The position numbers were made by a program, and so were the translations under genes. From assembly GCA_964016885.1 (NCBI GenBank), contig OZ024741.1, forward strand, positions 308,016,001 through 308,080,000: a stretch of DNA of 64,000 nt, given 5' to 3'. This document shows, one piece after another, positions 42,930-56,449 of this stretch. The notes beneath the pieces are model-generated. The model saw only the letters and a list, made by a program, of their open reading frames with translations, had not been told where the DNA came from and searched no databases. The stretch comes from Eledone cirrhosa. Its lineage: Eukaryota. Positions within the stretch are counted from its first letter, which is position 1, and each line of letters starts with the position of its first letter.

Positions 42930-44810
42930 AGTTATTAGATGCAACATTTTTGGAATGTTTTACATATTTTTACTGTTCCATTAATGGATTGTACTTTTAA
43001 TTTCCTAACTAGTTGTGTTCTTTCTGTTCCTGTGAAGCCTAGCTTCTCAAGATTTGTATTGAGGCAGTTACTAACATATCCCAGTGCCCCAATAATAACA
43101 GGCATAAATCTGAAGGTATAGTCAGGGTGGAGTATCTGCAGATTTCTCATCAGTTCTGCATAAATGTTCTCCTTTTCACTAATCTTTGATATTATACTGG
43201 CATCTGTTGTGCATGCTTTCTTCTCCCTGTCCCATATCATAATATCTGGTCTGCTATGCCTGCATTTTATTGGGGTTTTTACTGGAACATTCCACCAGTA
43301 CTCTATGTACATGGATGTCTTCGACATTGCTGTAGCTTTTAATGTGTTTATTATCGGGGCTATCTTTTTTACGAACTGCATTGTACAGAGTTTTGGCCAC
43401 TGCATCATGCCTCATAGGTAGATAGTATCGCGATGACATCTTTGGACAGCTGCTGATGACATGGGTGATATCCTCGATGTTAGTTCTGCAGAGTCTGCAC
43501 TTGTTATCACATCTAGGTGTTTTGCCTGCATCCCTATCTCTTTTGTGAATCAGGTATTTCGTGCTAATCTCCTGTTCCTGGATTGCAAAAGCGTATCCTT
43601 CAAAGTGGGAGCCAATATAGCGGTTGTTGGTCCAAGATAGACTACTTTCCTTATCTATATTACTCTCACTCTGGAGCTTCCTGGCAACATATCCATGCAT
43701 GATTTTTTGCTGATAGGCATGCACTTTTTCATCCATGGATTCACTGCGATACTGCTGAGCGACATACCTGAGTGTGAGTTTTAGATTATCACACAGGGAA
43801 TATGTCTCGAGGAGTTCCTTCCCAACTCTCATGATCTTATCTGTTTCATTCAGATAGACTTGCTCGAGAAACGGGCTCCTACGCTTCGAGGTTCTTAGAT
43901 GTTGTCCAAGAGAGATGATGCGACATTCAAATGTTGTCTGGACTGATGTTAGGCATCTGCCTCTCTGCTTACGTTTCAAGTAAAGGCGGTCTATGTCACT
44001 GTTGATGTGGAAGTTTCCGGTGTTGTTCAGTATTTTTCGAGTTCCAACATCAACTGCTCGGATTTCGTCTATCGTCCAATTGAGTATTCCAAACCTTGGT
44101 GTTAGGACAGGCACAGCAAACACATTGTGAGCCATTGTTTTGTTCTACACAGAGAGTTCCGATGACCAGATCTTTCTTAATCGGGTGTAGTATTCCTGGT
44201 TACGCGTTCTTTATTACAGATACCATTATAGGATATGTTCTTATCTATCCCCAGGTATCTGTAGCAGTCCTCATCAGATATCGGTGAAACAGTTAGGCCA
44301 TTAATGACAATGTTGCTAGATTGGGTTGTTGTTTTTCCCCGCTTTACAGTCATGTATGAGCATTTATCTTGGCCAAACTCCATTCCTATATCCTTTGAGA
44401 ACGTTGTAACCAGGTCAATATTTTTCTTCATCCCATCCATGTTCTTGGCATAGAGTTTCAGATTGTCCACAAAGAAATTATGGGTTAGTTTCGTATTTCT
44501 GTCCTCCTGTGAGCCAATGATGTATCCCTCACATTTCTTGAACAGAAAGGACAAGGGGTTTAATGACAAGATGAATAATATCACAGAGAGACTGTCCCCC
44601 TGAAATATACCCATGCAATATTTTATTTTATCAGTGAAAGTAGAGTCCTCCCTCTCTGTCTTTAACCTTAGGATAGTAGCCCAAGAAGAAGACAGCCTCT
44701 CTATGTCTCTGACAATAATGTCTGGGACTTTAGCAAGTTGGAGGGCCTCTATCATCCAAGAGTGGGGAACAGAATCGAAAGCTTTCTTGTAGTCCAGCCA
44801 GACTGTAGTC

Positions 44811-44811
<1 letters not shown>
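42930..44811 (-). mobile_element. R4/Dong-type RLE non-LTR retrotransposon, 5'-truncated pseudogene (RT + CCHC + restriction-like endonuclease)
   Basis: WLDYKKAFDSVPHSW, GIFQGDSLS, FFVDNLKLY (catalytic DD mutated), YRYLG, DRLYLKR..GR, CRLC..HVISSC, RHD, RPDIMIWD; frameshifts; 5' junction abuts (TATG)n at 44812. Confidence 0.92.
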
Positions 44812-44841
<30 letters not shown>

Positions 44842-45119
44842 TGTATGTATGTATGTATGTATGTATGTATGTATGTATGTATGTATGTATGTGCGTACGT
44901 ATATATGTATGTATGAATGTATGTGCGTACGTATGTATATATGTGCGCATCTAAGTATGTATGTGCGTACGTATGTATGTATGTATGTATGAATGTATGT
45001 GCGTACGTATGTACGTGTGTATGTAGGATGAGTGTGTATAATTGTATATCTGCATATATAACTATCTGTAGTTGTGAAATATAGATATAGTGAATGTAAA
45101 TACGGACTGAATATATTTA

Positions 45120-45329
45120 CGTGTGCGTGTGTGTTCTTGTTTGTTTGTATGTGTTTGTGCGTGTATGTGTGTGCGTATATGTGTGTGTGTATGTGTGTGT
45201 GTGCTTGTATGTGTGTGTGTGTGTGTGTATGTGTGTGTGTGTGTATGTGTGTGTGTGTGTATGTGTGTGTATGTGTATGTATGTGTGTGTGTATGTGTAT
45301 GTGTGTGAGTGTGTATGTGTGTGTATGTC

Positions 45330-45362
<33 letters not shown>

Positions 45363-45680
45363 ATGTATGTGTATGTGTGTGTGTGTATGTGTGTATGTGT
45401 GTGTGTATGTCTGTGTGTGTATATGTGTGTGTGTATGTGTATGTGTGTATGTATGTGTATGTGTATGTGTGTATGTGTGTATGTGTGTGTGTATGTCTGT
45501 ATGTGTATGTGTATGTGTGTATGTGTGTATGTGTGTGTGTATGTCTGTGTGTGTATGTGTGTATGTGTGTATGTGTGTGTGTATGTCTGTGTGTGTATGT
45601 GTGTATGTGTGTGGGTATGTCTGTGTGTGTATGTGTGTGTGTGTGTATGTGTGTGTGTATGTATGGGTGTGTATGTGTGT
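45120..45680. repeat. (TG)n/(TATG) compound microsatellite
   Basis: Direct inspection. Confidence 0.95.
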
Positions 45681-45803
45681 GGTCCAATGACTAAATAAAA
45701 AATGTAAAAAGTACAAAAAATGTGAATCTATTGTGCGATGATGACAATCACGTCGATTGCGGTGGTGGCGCAATGATGACGATGGTGATAGTGGTGATAG
45801 TGG

Positions 45804-45845
<42 letters not shown>

Positions 45846-46585
45846 CGATGCTGATGATGGTGATGATGAAGATGATGACAGCGATGACAGTGATGACGAT
45901 GGTGATAAGGGTGATAGTGGGATGAGGATGATGATGATGATGATTAAGATGATGACAACGATGACGATGATGACGATGATGATAGTGATAATGGCGATCG
46001 TTGTATAATATTTCTGGCTGCTGATATAGTTTTAATACACGGTCAATCCTAAATATGTCGACATATGATGAGAAGCAGTCCAGTTGTGACCATCCCATCG
46101 TTTTATAGGTATTTAAGACAACATTTTCCTATGTGTTCCTTATCTATCCTGATGAAAGTAGAATGCTGTTTAAAGGGAAACTGGCTGCTATTTCAAGCCG
46201 CAAGTCAGTCCGTATCAAAGAGATGTTTATATCTATGGAGGTCTAGTGAGGTCTAAAGTCTGTCTTAAGCCAGGAGGCTAGTCAGGCCTGTGCTAATCCT
46301 AGTTTCGAGGCGTGAATCGAGTAATAGTACACGACTCCCCTGGACAGGTGTGGTCTCGAAATCCATCTCTCAAGACATAACACATAGCTGTTGCTGTATA
46401 AAGCAACAATATAGCCACCTCCATATGCTAGACAATGGGTTATAATATGAGGTGCGGCGTTCGTGCATTTATTTACAGATGTTATGTCAGTGTTGTTGGT
46501 GCTTTCGTTGTTTTTTTTATCTTAGATCCAGATAAAACCGCATTGTGCTATTAGTGTGTATAGTTCTACAGATAGAGGCATATAG

Positions 46586-46652
<67 letters not shown>

Positions 46653-46655
<3 letters not shown>

Positions 46656-47358
46656 CTTTGATAACTTTGATAGGTTTCGGCTAGTATTGGTCCAGGCCAT
46701 GTCTAACTTAATAGCACCACCTGGCGAAGTCTTACAAATCAGTGTTTGGGCACCATGGCCCATTCGAGCAGAGAGTTATTGTTTACGGAGGCATATCCGG
46801 GTGTAGGAGGCTTATCCGGGATTTCTTGAAGGAATTTATCAAAAGACTTCTTGAACTTGATGGGGTCTGTCTCTGCTTTGATGTGTTTTGGTGTAATGTT
46901 AAAGAGTGCAGGGCCAATTGGGGTGAAATAATTGTGCCGTATTGTTGTTATGTGATGCGAGTGTGATTTTTGTCGTGGGCGGATAGCACGGGGCCCAAGC
47001 CTTGAGTGTACACTAAAGGTGATGCCAACATCATTTGGGCTAAGCTGATGGAATATTTTCCACATCATGCAGATAATGTAGCGCTCACGGCGACGTTGAC
47101 GAGAATAAAGTTTGAGCTTTTCTAATCGACCCCAATAGTCAAGGCCTGTCATGCCAACTATCTTTTTTGTAATTGACTTTCGGGGTGCTTCAACTTTCAT
47201 GATACTTTGTTTCGTGTGGGGTGACCACAGTGGACAACAGTATTCAAGGTGGGGTCGGGCGAAAGTGGAGAAGAGAAGGACAACAGTGTGGATATCTCTC
47301 GACGGGAAAGTTCTGAGAATCCAGCAACAATTCTGCGGGCCATATCAACTTTGCTGTT
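46653..47358 (-). mobile_element. CR1/L2-group LINE 3' fragment
   Basis: [47 protein letters not shown]; short tandem tail (caaagttat); (TA)n on both sides. Confidence 0.88.
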
Positions 47359-47467
<109 letters not shown>

Positions 47468-47501
47468 GGATTTAAATGGATACAGTTTAGTTAAAAGGAA
47501 T

Positions 47502-47622
47502 TTATTGACACGTGTTTCAATAACAGTTACATAACCTGAAAACAGCTGCTATCTACAAAGTATTAGTTATGCAGACATTCAATATTTCAATGTTATTATC
47601 AACTGTCATTTCATCAGAATAA
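47502..47622 (-). ncRNA. Type I hammerhead ribozyme with 72-nt stem II loop, intact
   Basis: ttatt-CTGATGA-aatgacagtt...aactgttatt-GAAAC acgt GTC-aataa: 5-bp stem I, 10-bp stem II, palindromic stem III. Confidence 0.82.
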
Positions 47623-48096
47623 TTTTACTGAGGACCTGTTTGGTTTTTATAGATAATATTAGGAGGGAGGGGTGAAGTTGTTAGAAGAATAGTTGAGGGA
47701 GTGGTTTTTTGATAGCAGTGAGAATTTTTGGTGGCAGTGAGTAATTAGATTCCCATCTGTTGTTTTGACATTTTTATAGAATATATTATTGGTTATTTTT
47801 CTAAATCTATAGAAGGATTAGAGATAGTATAGATATGCATGGTTGGTTTTGTGTTTGCACTTAATTAACATTCAGACTTAAATTTTTCTTTCAAGTGTAC
47901 GTATCCTTTCGCCCACGCATTCACACACAAACATATATGCACACCTATACAAAATACATATACTCACATACACATACTTACATGCTCATACTTACATACA
48001 TATACACATGCACATATATATATATACATATATATACATATATACACCCCTCCCTCCTAATATTCTCTATAAAAACCAAACAGGTCCTCAGTAAAA

Positions 48097-48217
48097 TTAT
48101 TCTGATGAAATGACAATTGATAATAACATTGAAATATTAAATGTCTGCATAACTAATACTTTGTAGATAGCAGCTGTTTTCAGGTTATGTAACTATTATT
48201 GAAACACGTATCAATAA
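48097..48217 (+). ncRNA. Degenerate copy of the same hammerhead
   Basis: CTGATGA at 48102, GAAAC acgt ATC at 48201-48212; two stem II mismatches. Confidence 0.6.
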
Positions 48218-48364
48218 ATTCCTTTTAACTAAACTGTATCCATTTAAATCCTTCTATTTTTCTCCGGATTACTTTTGGAACTACAACTGGAACCGTCGAG
48301 CAAACTCTACGTGAGCTGTCCATCTACTGTGTGTAATATTTATATTACAACACTACGGAAAATA

Positions 48365-48429
<65 letters not shown>

Positions 48430-49136
48430 ATACAATAACAGAGAAAGCTTTAAGCTAAACTCTGACTGGCTACCATCTCACTCAACAAACATTAGGATAT
48501 ACGTTAGTATAATCCCAATTTTGTGTTTGGGGTGCTAACTATATGTATTTTGTTGAAAGCCAGTTGTATTATTTTATATGAGATATAATTAAAATTAAAA
48601 TATATCTCTCTTTCCAAACAATTGTTTCATTATAAGTTTTCTACAAGTTGGGAGAATGTTTCCGGTTTATGTAGAAGCCTACATATTTTTTTGTAAGAAC
48701 ACATGCAGGTGGGCACTTATAAATCATCATTGGAAGGCCATCAAACTTTGATATAAGAAAAAATTTCTTACCGCAGTTATTTTTCGTGTCAGCTAAGTTG
48801 ACCCTTCACGCATCATAATGACCGCCAAATTTGAAATTCCAGCACTCTTTAGAGTGAGGAATTTCACAGCGTCACGAAATATATATATATATATATATAT
48901 ATATAACTGTTTTGCAAGGTGTTTGATATTAAATCGTCTGTCGAAACAAATATTGTTATACTTGGGGAGGGACATATTGTTGTAATAATATTGCCAGAAA
49001 TAATAACAGAACACACTCACTGTTTGGTTGGTTTTCTCTTCTGTATCTTTTATATCTCCATAGTTAATTTATTTGGCAATCAACGTTTATCATTGACTGA
49101 CCAACGGTTAAAAATACAGATATAAATATATATATA

Positions 49137-49276
49137 TAGTCTATCAAAGTTCTTTCGTTGGTACTATTATGTTTCTCCTGTTGTATTGTAGACATGGCGT
49201 AGACATACAATACACAGGAGGAAACATAATAGTACCACTAATGATGTTGCAGATGTGCAACGAAAGGACATTGATA

Positions 49277-49281
<5 letters not shown>
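49137..49281. mobile_element. Palindromic MITE-like element in (TA)n
   Basis: Outer TIR tagtctatcaaagttctttcgttg / caacgaaaggacattgatagaata; inner arms tggtactattatgtttc / gaaacataatagtacca. Confidence 0.75.
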
Positions 49282-49331
<50 letters not shown>

Positions 49332-49479
49332 ACTATATTTTTACCGTTGGTCGATCAATGATAAACATTGATTGCCAAATAAATTAACTATGGAGATATA
49401 TAAAAGATACAGAAGTGAAAACCAACCAAACAGTGAGTGTGTTCTGTTATTATTTCTGGCAATATTATTACAACAATAT

Positions 49480-49670
49480 AGCGGTGGATTGGCAGTATCA
49501 GTAGAGAGTCGGACGCCATGCTTTGCACCAAAGAGTTACGGCCCTTTATGGTCTGAGTTCAAATCCCGCCAAGGTTAACTTTGCCTTTCATCCTTACGGG
49601 GACGATAAAATGAAGTACCGGTAATGTACTGGGTAATTGCTGGCCTTGTGCCAAAAGTAGAAACAATTAT
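49480..49670 (+). mobile_element. SINE family A with TSD
   Basis: Full family A; attattacaacaatat at 49464-49479 and 49666-49681. Confidence 0.92.
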
Positions 49671-49747
49671 TACAACAATATGACCCTCCCCAAGTATATA
49701 TATATATATACACATACATAAATATACACATATATATATGTATATAT

Positions 49748-50187
49748 GTATGATGGACTCTCCCGCCGATATCCGACGTATGAGTGTCCAACAACAAAAG
49801 TTAGAAATGTGAGAAAGCGAACTGAAGTTGAACTACCCACACAAAGTTTTGTTTTAAGTAGTGAAGGGTGGTGTAGGACCAACCACACTTTTGGAACTGA
49901 CGACACATTTCTTCGGTGCAAATGTTTGCCACAGAAAATACAACGACAGTCCTCAGCTTTTTACGCCTCCGAGTTTAACCTTTTCGTAAAAAAATAAAAA
50001 AAATAAAACTATTTGGATGGCCGTTGACTCGCCCTTTGCCGGGCCTTATATTTCACCCGCGGGGTATCCAAATATCTCCCTCCTCACCAAGCAAGCTTGG
50101 TGGGGTTGCCGGTTTAGTCGCCGACGACCCGACCATCAGAAAGGTTGTACTGGGTTACATGTTACCAGTAGCACTCGAGAGCAACCT

Positions 50188-50190
<3 letters not shown>
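49748..50190 (-). mobile_element. Bipartite RTE-derived element with the same head and a different 3' part
   Basis: Minus-strand head gtcaggttg..tactggtaacatgtaacccagtacaacc..gagtcaacggccatccaaa; 5' end abuts (TG)n. Confidence 0.7.
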
Positions 50191-50250
<60 letters not shown>

Positions 50251-50311
50251 GTACATATGTGTGTGTGTGTGTATATGTATATATGTATATATATATATGT
50301 ATATAGATATA

Positions 50312-50351
<40 letters not shown>

Positions 50352-50420
50352 GAAAGTTCGGAGGTAACCACAGTAAGTAAGGTACTCAATACATAGCAGA
50401 GTATAAAAGGTTTAATATAG

Positions 50421-50477
50421 ATGAGATTCCACAGGACTAGAACTGTTTCATTCTTTAGAAATCATCAGGAATCTCAT
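50421..50477 (-). ncRNA. Minimal type I hammerhead with a non-canonical GUG triplet
   Basis: atgagattc-CTGATGA-t ttc taaa gaa t-GAAAC ag ttctagtc ct GTG-gaatctcat: perfect 9-bp stem I; lies in a ~135-bp unit flanked by (TA)n. Confidence 0.7.
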
Positions 50478-50480
50478 TAA

Positions 50481-50523
<43 letters not shown>

Positions 50524-50848
50524 AAAGGTAAAGACCACCTTCGGTGACGAATGACCATGGCATTGACACCTAGAAAGTTCCTCTCCGAAGCAAAACTATG
50601 GGCAAGGGTGTTTGAAGAGCAGCAGTCGCCCATAAAACCCAGTCTACCACTCCATGCCACCGATGATGTCCAAGAGAGAGACAATGGGCAATACAGTTTG
50701 ATACGAGTGACGTCGCAACTCATTTCTCGAGCTGAGTAAACTGAAGTCTTGCTCAAGAACACAGCACGTCACCCTGTTCGGCAATTGAACTCACAACTCC
50801 CAATTGCAAGCCGATGATCTAACCACTAATACTTGCACGTTCCCTCCG
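50524..50848 (-). mobile_element. tRNA-derived SINE (second family)
   Basis: tRNA-like head on the minus strand (tagtggttag; gagttcaatt), body tgttcttgagcaag, tail ctttacctt; a related head fragment lies at 50960-51050. Confidence 0.7.
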
Positions 50849-51073
50849 CTATATATATATAAGGAACGATCGACTTTCGTCAAATCGGACCGAGGGAACA
50901 ATGTTTCCGTTGGTCTTTCCAATTGCTAATACTATCTATCGGTCGCAACTCCAGGTAGAAGGAGCAACGTGAAATAAAGTGTCTTGCTCAAGGACATAAC
51001 GCATCGCCTGGTCCAGGAATCGAACTCACAACCTTACGATTGCGAATCCAATATATATATATGTGTGTGTGTG

Positions 51074-51109
<36 letters not shown>

Positions 51110-51188
51110 AGTGTATGTGTATGTGTGTATATATTTATACACTCACTCTCTCATATATATATATATATGTATATGTATGTATATATGA

Positions 51189-51248
<60 letters not shown>

Positions 51249-51303
51249 TCATATATACATACATATACATATATATATATATATATATGAGAGAGAGTGT
51301 GTG

Positions 51304-51393
<90 letters not shown>

Positions 51394-52159
51394 AGAAAGA
51401 CATAAACAGACATTGAGTAGGTGAGACACAGGAAGAGAGAGGCAAACAGAGACAGGAACCCCCTGTTGCCTATCGTCTTCCATTCTTTGACATCGTTCGA
51501 CTGATTTGAAGAAATCAATATAATTTCAATGGAGGAGTCTCGTCTCTTAAAAGCTACAGCGTGGAGCAGGGCCGAAGGAAAAAATTGAAGTAAAGTTAAT
51601 AACAATAGATTTTTTTCATTTAGGTACAAGTCTAGCTATTTTGAATAAGAGGAAAGTTGATTAAATGGCCGCCAGCACCTGATTGACTGATACTTCATTC
51701 TATCGACACCAGAAGAAGAATTAAATACAAAGTAGACTTGAGATTTAAAATCAGAATGTAAGAAGCCAGTACAAATATCACAATGTTTTTTTTTCCTTTT
51801 AATCGAGAACTCTTGTCACCCGACAACCCCTTCATTAAAAGATAGAAAAGGTAACTTGTAGTGGCACCGTCCTGTTAAATGGCGTGTCTTAGGCATTTTA
51901 AACCTGGCAAAGCCCATCCCTCACCACGTTAAAACAAACACAACCGATTTCTTCCCGAGAAAGAATGAACAGACTGGTACTTTATTTATCGACCTTGAAA
52001 TTATGAACACACCGTTTCAACGTCCTCAGTCGACTCAGGGAGTTCACTGAATTTCGATGCAATAGTATCTACATATCCATGGTCCTGACTCCTATATTCA
52101 GCAACGCTTCCCACTTTATCCTGTAGGTCGACCTGGATATGCCAAATCTGTGGGCTTCT

Positions 52160-52345
52160 TTTAGAGTGATCACAGCTCCGATACTATGGACATGTGGCTG
52201 TAATGTCTCAGGAAAGAATTGCTGGACAGATTTTACGGACAAAACCAGCCGGCAGGAGACCTAGAGGTAGACCCCGATGGAGATATTCTCGCTTGGGGAT
52301 CCAGCCGGATCAGTTGGAAACGATTGCTTCTCACAGGATCCACTA
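52160..52345 (+). mobile_element. RTE LINE C-terminal fragment
   Basis: QLRYYGHVAVMSQERIAGQILRTKPAGRRPRGRPRW. Confidence 0.75.
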
Positions 52346-52924
52346 GAAGGAGTGTTTGAAGAATATGCCCCCCCCCCCCCCCCGCCCCACGACCCTATAA
52401 GGAATAAATGAGCCAAGAAGAAGAAGAAGAAATAGTGAAAGGCGAATTTGAGCTGGGCGGAATTTGAACTCAGAAATTAAAGAGCTAGAAGAAACACAGC
52501 TATTCATTTTGTACGACGTTCTAACGATTCTACCAATCCACCGGCAGGAAACATTTAATAACACAAACATGAGAAAGTGAAAGAACAAACAGAAAAGTAA
52601 AGAACCAAAACAGAAGAAAATGTTTAAAAAAAACAGTAAAAAATTCCTAAAAGAAAAATAATAACAAGAACAGAACACAACAAACAATGGGGACATTAGC
52701 AAAATCTAACAGACAAGGATTTAAATGAAAAAAAAAATGACAAAAAATGAATACGTAATAAACATCAAAATAAAGCAGAAAAAATAAAAATAAATATATG
52801 ATAAAAAATGTTATTCATTTATTTAATTTTTTAATCAACCATTAAGTGAATGTTAATTAAGATTTGACAAATTGAACAATTGAATGGTAGAAATTTACGT
52901 AGAGAGAGAGAATGAACTAAGAGA

Positions 52925-53284
52925 TGTGTGTGTGTGTTTGTCTGTGTTTGTGTGTCTGAGTATGTGTGTGAATGTATGTGCGTCTGTGTGTGGATGTGTG
53001 TGTTTGTGTATCTGTGTGTGTGTATGTGTGTGTTTGTGTATGTGTGTTTGTGTGTGTATCTGTGCGGGTCTCTCTGTGTGTATATGTATGTGCGTGTGTG
53101 TTTGCATGTGTGTCTGTGCGTGTATGTATGTATGTGTGTATGTACGTGTGTGTGTGTGTATGTGTGTGTGTGCGCGTGTGTGTGTATGTATGTGCTTGTG
53201 TATGTGTGTATGCATGTGTCTGTGTCTTTGTGTGTGTATATGTGTATGTGTGTGTGTGTATGTGTGTGTGTGTGTATATATGTG

Positions 53285-53317
<33 letters not shown>

Positions 53318-53320
53318 ATT
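52925..53320. repeat. Degenerate (TG)n tract
   Basis: Direct inspection. Confidence 0.95.
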
Positions 53321-53473
53321 CATACATGACTAGATACTCTGTTTACACGTTTACCGTTCTGCTGTCACTATACAGACAGACACAGGCACGGCACATGCAG
53401 AGTTTACACGTACACATATACATATACAAACATACAAATCTTCACACACACATATATAGATATATAGATGTGT

Positions 53474-53525
<52 letters not shown>

Positions 53526-53773
53526 GTGTGTGTGTGTATATATATGTATGAATGTATGTATGTATATATAGCAAGACCTCATTGTATATGATACAAACAT
53601 AGACAAGAGTGAGAAAAGAATTATGTCCCGCTGCGATTGGAACCTTTGACACCGACATCAGTTCCAACAACAGCAGCAGTAGTGCTGCAACAATCGATAC
53701 CACCATGACAAGCACCGGAGCGATCACTACCATTCCTGCAGTGCAACAGACAAATTAAGAAGGAAAAAGTCTG

Positions 53774-53810
<37 letters not shown>

Positions 53811-54004
53811 ACACTACCAGAGCATACGTTACTACCATCGTCACTTCCGTTAGCGCCAATGCTGACATCTGTGATAATAAAAGTACATTTTTTTTTCAGT
53901 TGTTATCTTGTCCATTTGCCTAGGTAGCTCTATATCACAATCTTCCTCTGTATATAGAAGTATATCCACGCATGTGTATGTATGTATATATGTATGTATG
54001 TATG

Positions 54005-55321
54005 TTTTCTCTTTCTCTTAATTTCGAGTATATTTTTTTGACCGGCCACCTTCCTGGTGGCAAGGTTGTAAAAGAAAAGAAATTGTCATCCCTTGAATCG
54101 GAAGAATGTTTTGCATATTTTGAAGGTGCCAGCTATCGCAGCCATTTGTAGACTATGAATTAGGGAGCTGCGCTTTTTGTCCGCAAATCCAAGTTCGGTC
54201 ATACTTTGGTCCAAGCGGGTTGGTATATAACCCGTAGCACCAATAATGATGGGTATGAAGCTAAAGGTGTATCTTGGATACTGGATTTGTAAGCTCCTCA
54301 TCAATGGTCCGTAGATGTCCTCCTTCTCCTGTATTTTTCTGACAACGTTTACATCAAGTGGGCAGCTGATCTCCACAACAGAACACGTTTTCAATGTGTG
54401 GTCCCAAACTACAATATCAGGCCGGTTGTGCTTTAATTTGGTGGCAGTTTTTATTTTCACGTTCCACCAGTATTCCTTAGTGCCATCTGTCTCAATATAT
54501 TCTTCCTCGTTTGTTGTTAATTTTGTTTTCCGAAGTGCGTTCCAGATAGTTCTAGCTATCCCATCGTGTCTCATGGGGAGGTAGTAGCGAGATGACATTC
54601 TTTCGCAGCTGGCAACAATGTGGCTTACATCCTCGATCTTTGTTTTACATAGCCTACATTTATTGTCAGCTGCTGGCCCTCCTCTTTTGTGCAGCAGATA
54701 TTTGGTAGGGAGTTCTTGTTCCTGTATTGCATAGAGATATCCCTCAAGGTGTGATGTCATAAACTTGTCGGAACTCCATGCCAGGCTTTTTGAGTGGTTT
54801 ATCCCCTCTATGGTCTGTGTTTTACGCCTCAAGTATCCATGCACAACTTTCTCTGTAAATTGGTCAATTTTTTTTTCTTGTTTGAACATTGAATAGGATC
54901 TTCCGATTTCTCTGGGTGAGAGATTTATATCAGGCTTTATTCCATATCTCTCCTCCAGATCAGTCACTATTCTAATGATATTTCTTTTTTCATGCTCATA
55001 AACCTGAGCAAGATGGTCGCCAACCTTTTTCCTCTGTTGAAGGTGTTGCTTCAGTGTTACTATCCGGGTCTCATATGTTGTTAATATTGATTTTAGACCC
55101 CGGCCACCTTCCTTGCGTGAGAAGTATAGCCTATCCACATCACCATTGATGTTAAAGTTCCCAGTAACACTGAGAAGTTTACGAGTTCTAACATCCATCT
55201 CACTTAGTTCTTGCAATGACCAGTTCAGTAGGCCAAATGTTGGCGTTATAATTGGCACAGCATAGGTATTGTGGGCAATGTATTTGTTGTATGCTGACAG
55301 TTCTGATCACCATATTTTTTT
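54005..55321 (-). mobile_element. R4/Dong-type RLE retrotransposon, 5'-truncated, open C-terminal ORF 54086-55258
   Basis: DVDRLYFSRKEGGRGL, IQEQELPT, CRLCKTKIEDVSHIVASC, RHD, HNRPDIVVWD..VVEISCPLD; 3'UTR hairpin gccacc-ttcct-ggtggc; (TATG)n on both sides. Confidence 0.93.
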
Positions 55322-55386
55322 GTATGTATGTATGTATGTATGTATGTATGTATGTATGTATGTATGTATGTATGTATGTATGTATG

Positions 55387-56361
55387 TTTTCCCTTTCTCT
55401 TAATTACGAGTATATTTTTTTTGACCGGCCACCTTCCTGGTGGCAAGGTTGTAAAAGAAAAGAAATTGTCATGCCTTGAATCGCAAGAATGTTTTGCAAA
55501 TTTTGAAGGTGCCAGCTATCGCAGCCATCTGCAGACTATGAATTAGGGAGCTGCGCTTTTTGTCCGCAAATCCAAGTTCAGTCATACTTTGGTCCAAGCG
55601 GGTTGGTATATAACCCGTAGCACCAATAATGATGGGTATGAAGCTAAAGGTGTATCTTGGATAATGGATTTGTAAACTCCTCATCAATGGTCCGTAGATG
55701 TCCTCCTTCTCCTGTATTTTTCTGACAACGTTTACATCAAGTGGGCAGCTGATCTCCACAACAGAACACGTTTTCAATGTGTGGTCCCAAACTACAATAT
55801 CAGGCCGGTTGTGCTTTAATTTGGTGGCAGTTATTATTTTCTGGTTCCACCAGTATTCCTTAGTGCCATCTGTCTCAATATATTCTTCCTCGTTTGTTGT
55901 TAATTTTGTTTTCCGAAGTGCGTTCCAGATGGTTCTAGCTATCCCATCGTGTCTCATGGGGAGGTAGTAGCGAGATGACATTCTTTCGCAGCTGGCAACA
56001 ATGTAGCTTACATCCTCGATCTTTGTTTTACATAGCCTACATTTATTGTCAGCTACTGGCCCTCCTCTTTTGTGCAGCAGATATTTGGTAGGGAGTTCTT
56101 GTTCCTGTATTGCATAGAGATATCCCTCAAGGTGTGATGTCATAAACTTGTCGGAACTCCATGCCAGGCTTTTTGAGTGGTTTATCCCCTCTGTGGTCTG
56201 TGTTTTACGCTTTAAGTATCCATGCACAACTTTTTCTGTAAATTGGTCAATTTTCTTATCTTGTTTGAACATTGAATAGGATCTTCCGATTTCTCTGGGT
56301 GAGAGATTTATATCAGGCTTTATTCCATATCTCTCCTGCAGATCAGTCGCTATTCTAATGA
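55387..56361 (-). mobile_element. Second, shorter near-identical R4/Dong copy (ORF 55469-56272)
   Basis: Same CCHC/RLE and 3'UTR, different 5' truncation; (TATG)n on both sides. Confidence 0.93.
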
Positions 56362-56449
56362 TGTATGTATGTATGTATGTATGTATGTATGTATGTATGT
56401 ATGTATGTATGTATGTATGTATGTATGTATGTATTATGTATGTATGTAT

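Larger units (their letters stand above)
48957..49698. repeat. Inverted repeat arms around a (TA)n/MITE centre
   Basis: 48957-49125 is the reverse complement of 49325-49479 plus 49682-49698 (right arm interrupted by a SINE). Confidence 0.85.

Noticed and set aside
53600-53757. Short Ser/Thr-rich open frame as a host exon
   Set aside because: Resembles degenerate trinucleotide low-complexity sequence; no clear splice sites or domain
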